Shown here: piece by piece, positions 60,205-64,000 of the stretch | Numbering within the stretch: the first letter of the stretch is position 1 | How the letters are laid out: every line of letters starts with the position of its first letter | Notes under the pieces: model-generated | The model's input: the letters and a program-made list of their open reading frames with translations, nothing else | Database searches by the model: none | What the model was told of the DNA's origin: nothing | Origin: a virus | Virus record (IMG/VR): IMGVR_UViG_3300009008_000010 | Location: 56,241 to 120,240 of that record | Direction: 5' to 3' (one strand) | DNA: 64,000 bases | Made by a program: the position numbers and the translations under genes

Positions 60205-60630
60205 ATGACGGAATTTAAGACATGGTTGGAACATGACCAATCTGTTGTAGTGACATTTGATTTTGATTCAACGCTGACCACACCAGTTTACGATGCGGAT
60301 AACGAACTTTGGGAACCCGATGAGGATCAGCCCAATACGCCCAATGTAGCAAGACTCCGACAGGAACATGCCAGAGGCGCTAAAATTTATATCGTTACAT
60401 CTCGTAGTGAGGGTGAAAGGGGCGGCGTTGAGTTGTTTGTTAGCAAGAATAACCTACCTATAGAGGGCATAATCTGCACTGGTGGAGACAAAGGTGCGGC
60501 ACTTGTCCAACTTGGTTCAATTCGCCATTACGATGACATGGAGCAATCTTCGGATGATGCCAGGGGTCTTTTTGAAGGGGAGTGGATCAAAGTTCACCAT
60601 CCTTTTGAAAATCATGGCGTAAAGTTATAA
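60205..60630 (+). CDS. HAD-superfamily phosphatase with capsid-targeting-like N-terminus
   Basis: MTEFKTWLE; TFDFDSTL, IVTSR, K, HYDD. Confidence 0.8.
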   Translation: MTEFKTWLEHDQSVVVTFDFDSTLTTPVYDADNELWEPDEDQPNTPNVARLRQEHARGAKIYIVTSRSEGERGGVELFVSKNNLPIEGIICTGGDKGAALVQLGSIRHYDDMEQSSDDARGLFEGEWIKVHHPFENHGVKL

Positions 60631-61156
60631 CCAAACCCTTTACAATCAATTAATTTATGCAATAATGTAGGAGTGAAAGTTCTCATAGGCCAAATCGGGC
60701 TGCGCCTCTTTTTCCTTGTATGGGTAATCAGCACATCTTGTGCAGCTTATTATGCATACCAGCAAAACGGACACGCTTTTGCGTTATGGTTGTGTGGCAA
60801 GGTTATAGGTGTGGCTGGGATGTTGCAGTTTGGAGTGGGACTTTGGATGGCAAAGGATTTAAGAAAAATGGAACATCGCAACGACTGGGCTAGGGACGAG
60901 ATTGATGATGAATTAGAGCAAATGTCTGTAGAAAGGCATAATAAAAGTTACTATCAGGGTGTGCGTGATGCTCTGAGGATGTATGCGTGGTGGCGTGATG
61001 GAGAACAGTTTGTTGGTACGCAAGATGATAAAAAATTTGTAGGCTGTGGGGTAAGGACGCTCCGAGAAGCCTTAGAGGAAGTCGATAAATGGGAGCATCG
61101 GGACAACGAAAACGGGAGTCCTGGTGGGATAGATATATGTTAGTTGAGGTAAGGGT

Positions 61157-61612
61157 TTGCTTTTCGTAGAACCACCAAGAAAAAAGAGAGCTAGAAAGTC
61201 TAACAAAAGAATTAAATTGTTAGAACAAGATCCCTCGTGTCATTTCTGTACATCAGAAGTTAATTTTGAAAATTCTGGAATTTTCAGACTTAAAGGAGTT
61301 GGCGGAAAACCGAGGGAAAAGGTTTTAGCTTGTCTTGAATGTATTTACAAACATCGTCGTGAGGAATCAGGGGGTCGCTCCACTAAACGCAGGCAAAAAC
61401 TGCTGGAGAAAGACCCTCATTGTTTTTATTGCAACTGTGATTTGGATTTAGACAATTCGACATTGGATCACCTTATTCCGAGAGCCAGCAAAGGACCGAA
61501 CAAGGTTGAGAATATCGTTTTATCGTGTTACACCTGCAACCATAGAAAAGGCACAAAATCTGCCACTGAGTATTTGGCTATTTTAAATGCTGAAAAGAGA
61601 AGAATTGCATGA
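61157..61612 (+). CDS. HNH endonuclease (duplicated domain)
   Basis: CFYC...STLDHLIPRASKG.N...NIVLSCYTCNHRKG. Confidence 0.85.
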   Translation: MLFVEPPRKKRARKSNKRIKLLEQDPSCHFCTSEVNFENSGIFRLKGVGGKPREKVLACLECIYKHRREESGGRSTKRRQKLLEKDPHCFYCNCDLDLDNSTLDHLIPRASKGPNKVENIVLSCYTCNHRKGTKSATEYLAILNAEKRRIA

Positions 61613-61908
61613 GCGAAGACATACAACTACCAGTGGATTACACCAAGCTGAGTCGTAGCGGCGATGACAAGAGGGTTGTTAGGGAAGCATACATAGCTCA
61701 GCAGGATGGAAAGTGTCATCATTGTAAAATGCCGTTGAGCGGCGATCCCTCAGATGAAGTCTTGAGTAAGCGTGTAAACAAAAAATTGTTTCCCGCCGCT
61801 TTTTTTGATTGTCCCGTTCACTTGCACCACGATCACAATACAGGTTTAACCATAGGTGTTGTGCATGGTTATTGTAATGCTGTTTTGTGGCAATACTATG
61901 GAGAATGA
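61609..61908 (+). CDS. endonuclease VII-like protein
   Basis: QDGKCHHC...HLHHDHNTG...GVVHGYCN. Confidence 0.75.
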   Translation: MSEDIQLPVDYTKLSRSGDDKRVVREAYIAQQDGKCHHCKMPLSGDPSDEVLSKRVNKKLFPAAFFDCPVHLHHDHNTGLTIGVVHGYCNAVLWQYYGE

Positions 61909-61931
61909 TTATTTCAACACTTATTTAGTGT

Positions 61932-62624
61932 ATGAAACACATAATAGGTTTAGGCAAGTGGGGGACTCGACTTGCTGAAGTGAACAGGCATGAAGGCAAA
62001 GAAGTCAAAACCTGGACGCATGGCGAACCGGGTTGTAACATCAAGGGTGCTGAAGAAGTAATTGTTGCGGTGCCCGCCCCATATTTAATTGATGCACTGT
62101 CTAAATTCCAGGTTGATCCTGAGACTCTAGTAACGACAGCAACTAAAGGATTGGATACATCGGGTCGTTTGCCCTCTAAAGCCATTAAATTGGTTTGGGG
62201 TTCCCAAAACGTGCGTGTAATGGGAGGCGCGTGCATATCCACAGAACCGACTTTAGATATTCAGTATGGAGAAGAACTATTAGAGATTGCTGGAATCTTA
62301 AAAAATGTGTATGCTATCGGTTTCAGCTATTCTCGCACCAAGTATGGAGACAATGCCACTGCTGTTTGGTTTGTTAAGGTCTGGAAAGAACTTAGGGAAT
62401 TGGTGAAAGACGAATCGTATTTATCGGATCTCGCCGTAACCAGTATCAGTTCTAAAAGTCGCAACAACAAAGCAGGAGTGTTTATTGCTCAGGGAAAACC
62501 AATTGATTTGGGTGGACAAGTAGCAGAGGGCGTGCATAGCGCTAAAATGATTGAAGAGTTCAATCTATTTGGCCGATTGCCACTGCTTAGGGAAACCACC
62601 CATATTATTTGTGAGCATTTGTAA
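61932..62624 (+). CDS. compact NAD(P)H glycerol-3-phosphate dehydrogenase-like protein
   Basis: GLGKWGT, AVP, ATKGL, GILKNVYAIG, DL.VT..S..SRN, AEG. Confidence 0.8.
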   Translation: MKHIIGLGKWGTRLAEVNRHEGKEVKTWTHGEPGCNIKGAEEVIVAVPAPYLIDALSKFQVDPETLVTTATKGLDTSGRLPSKAIKLVWGSQNVRVMGGACISTEPTLDIQYGEELLEIAGILKNVYAIGFSYSRTKYGDNATAVWFVKVWKELRELVKDESYLSDLAVTSISSKSRNNKAGVFIAQGKPIDLGGQVAEGVHSAKMIEEFNLFGRLPLLRETTHIICEHL

Positions 62625-63041
62625 TGGAAACACTATCGGCAAATAATTACTTCCTTTGGGAAAGAAAAGATACTTGGAGCAAAAAAGAAGGCACGCCTTT
62701 TCGTGGCACCTGCGCGCGCGATTACAAAGAAATTCTTGGTAGAGATGGTTTCGTTTTTAAATTAGAGGAATTGCTTAAACTCCCATTCAGTGAATCACTT
62801 AAAAAAAGATTAAGAGGCGCACGACCCGGCACGGCTGTTAAAATTCAAAAATTTAGTCGGAATGATCATTTGTATTTGCGACGTTTGACAGATGAGGAAG
62901 TGGTTGAATGGCAGGAGTGTCGGGCATTAAAAAAACGAGACTCACAACTTACAATGGCAATAAATGAGGCGGTTCCCGATCTCATAGAAAAACAAAAGGA
63001 AGTTCGCGCCCGTTTAAGGAAAATTAAAAAGGCTTGGCACG

Positions 63042-63500
63042 ATGAAGCGTAGAGACTTCCTAAAAGCGATAGCAGCAAGCGCAGCAGCAGTGACGATTGC
63101 TCCCGCTTTACCACTGCCAGAACCACCCAAGGTTTACACGCCTCGCATCCATACAGGAGCAAATCGAAGACCAAATTGGACAAGCAGAGAGAGTGCAGAA
63201 TTCAAGAGGATAAGCATTCCTTTGGTGAGAAGAATTTATCCCCAATTAATTGCGAACAAAATTGTTTCCGTTCAACCCCTGTTGGCCCCAACAGGTTTAG
63301 TCTACTATCTAAGGTTCAGATACTCTGAAAATCGAGGCACACCTAGAACGTTCTGGGGTAAAGTGCGAGATTGGTTTAGTCCTAAAAGGAAAGTTTGTAA
63401 TGCAAATTCTTCAAGAAGGCGGATTCACACTGCTGCACCATTACCTGGAATCACCAGTAGTGACAGTCCGAGCAATCGTAAACACTGGTTCCGTAAATGA
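63042..63500 (+). CDS. Tat-signal protein containing a T4 gp23-like capsid segment
   Basis: MKRRDFLK signal; IPLVRRIYPQLIANKIVSVQPLLAPTGLVYYLRFRY. Confidence 0.7.
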   Translation: MKRRDFLKAIAASAAAVTIAPALPLPEPPKVYTPRIHTGANRRPNWTSRESAEFKRISIPLVRRIYPQLIANKIVSVQPLLAPTGLVYYLRFRYSENRGTPRTFWGKVRDWFSPKRKVCNANSSRRRIHTAAPLPGITSSDSPSNRKHWFRK

Positions 63501-64000
63501 GACGGATCAGCCGTGTTATGGTGCTGCTCATTATTTAGAACACATGTTCTTCAAGGGAACCGCCAAGAAGGACTATAAAGAACTGGGCAAAGAATTAACC
63601 AAGTTAGGCATTCATAACGCCTATACTAATTACGCCAGAACGGTCTACTATATCAATTGCCTTCCTGAAGATGTTCAAAAAGCAATAAATCTCTTAGCAG
63701 AGATGATGTTTGAGCCTACGTTTGAGCCAAAAGAATTTGAAAAAGAACGAGGCGTCATCCTTGAAGAGTGTCAGATGTATGAAGATGATCCGCATGGATA
63801 CTTCTTTGCAAATGCTGCTCGCAAGATTTGGGGCGAACACGGACACCCCATTATCGGTTTTAAAGACACAGTTGGCGATATGACGGTAGATCGCCTTACT
63901 GGCTTCAGGGACCAGCATTACAGCAAAGCAAATATTGCATTCGCTCTTGTTGGGCCAGTTGATGAAACGGCAACAGGTGAATATTTTGGTAGTGCATTGA
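63400..64000 (+). CDS. M16 family zinc peptidase (3'-truncated by window edge)
   Basis: Hand translation: TGSVNE...GAAHYLEHMFFKGT (HxxEH), NAYT, EKERGVILEE. Confidence 0.9.
   Translation, partial: MQILQEGGFTLLHHYLESPVVTVRAIVNTGSVNETDQPCYGAAHYLEHMFFKGTAKKDYKELGKELTKLGIHNAYTNYARTVYYINCLPEDVQKAINLLAEMMFEPTFEPKEFEKERGVILEECQMYEDDPHGYFFANAARKIWGEHGHPIIGFKDTVGDMTVDRLTGFRDQHYSKANIAFALVGPVDETATGEYFGSAL

Overview
64-kb segment of a very large (jumbo/huge) T4-like bacteriophage genome, probably infecting a Planctomycetota host (inferred from planctomycete-type CsrA and IF-3 sequences). Nearly all genes are on the + strand. 1-21 kb: host-takeover and accessory genes (peptide deformylase, dCMP deaminase, IF-3, GroES, DnaJ, PhoH, glycosyltransferase, sulfotransferase, NDP-sugar dehydratase, a 1.26-kaa FG-GAP protein, several small proteins with T4 capsid-targeting-like N-termini). 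21-28 kb: IF-1 and a sigma factor followed by a complete ubiquitin-like module (two E2-D-like genes, JAB protease, E1/ThiF, Ubl ending in KG) and csrA. 28-36 kb: small hypothetical genes, an RNAP alpha-CTD fusion and a DNA adenine methylase. 36-59 kb: dispersed array of about 32 canonical tRNA genes (none encoding CCA) with Pth2, HNH nucleases and many non-canonical RNAs. The best finding is one RNA module (GAAUGC-stem-UACA...UUUGUC) that occurs as a 54-56-nt insert between positions 28 and 29 of two tRNA genes and, circularly permuted, as three free-standing RNAs. Also present: tRNA bodies with replaced anticodon arms, a permuted tRNA and a minimal SRP-RNA-like hairpin. All calls come from reading motifs by eye; no searches were run.
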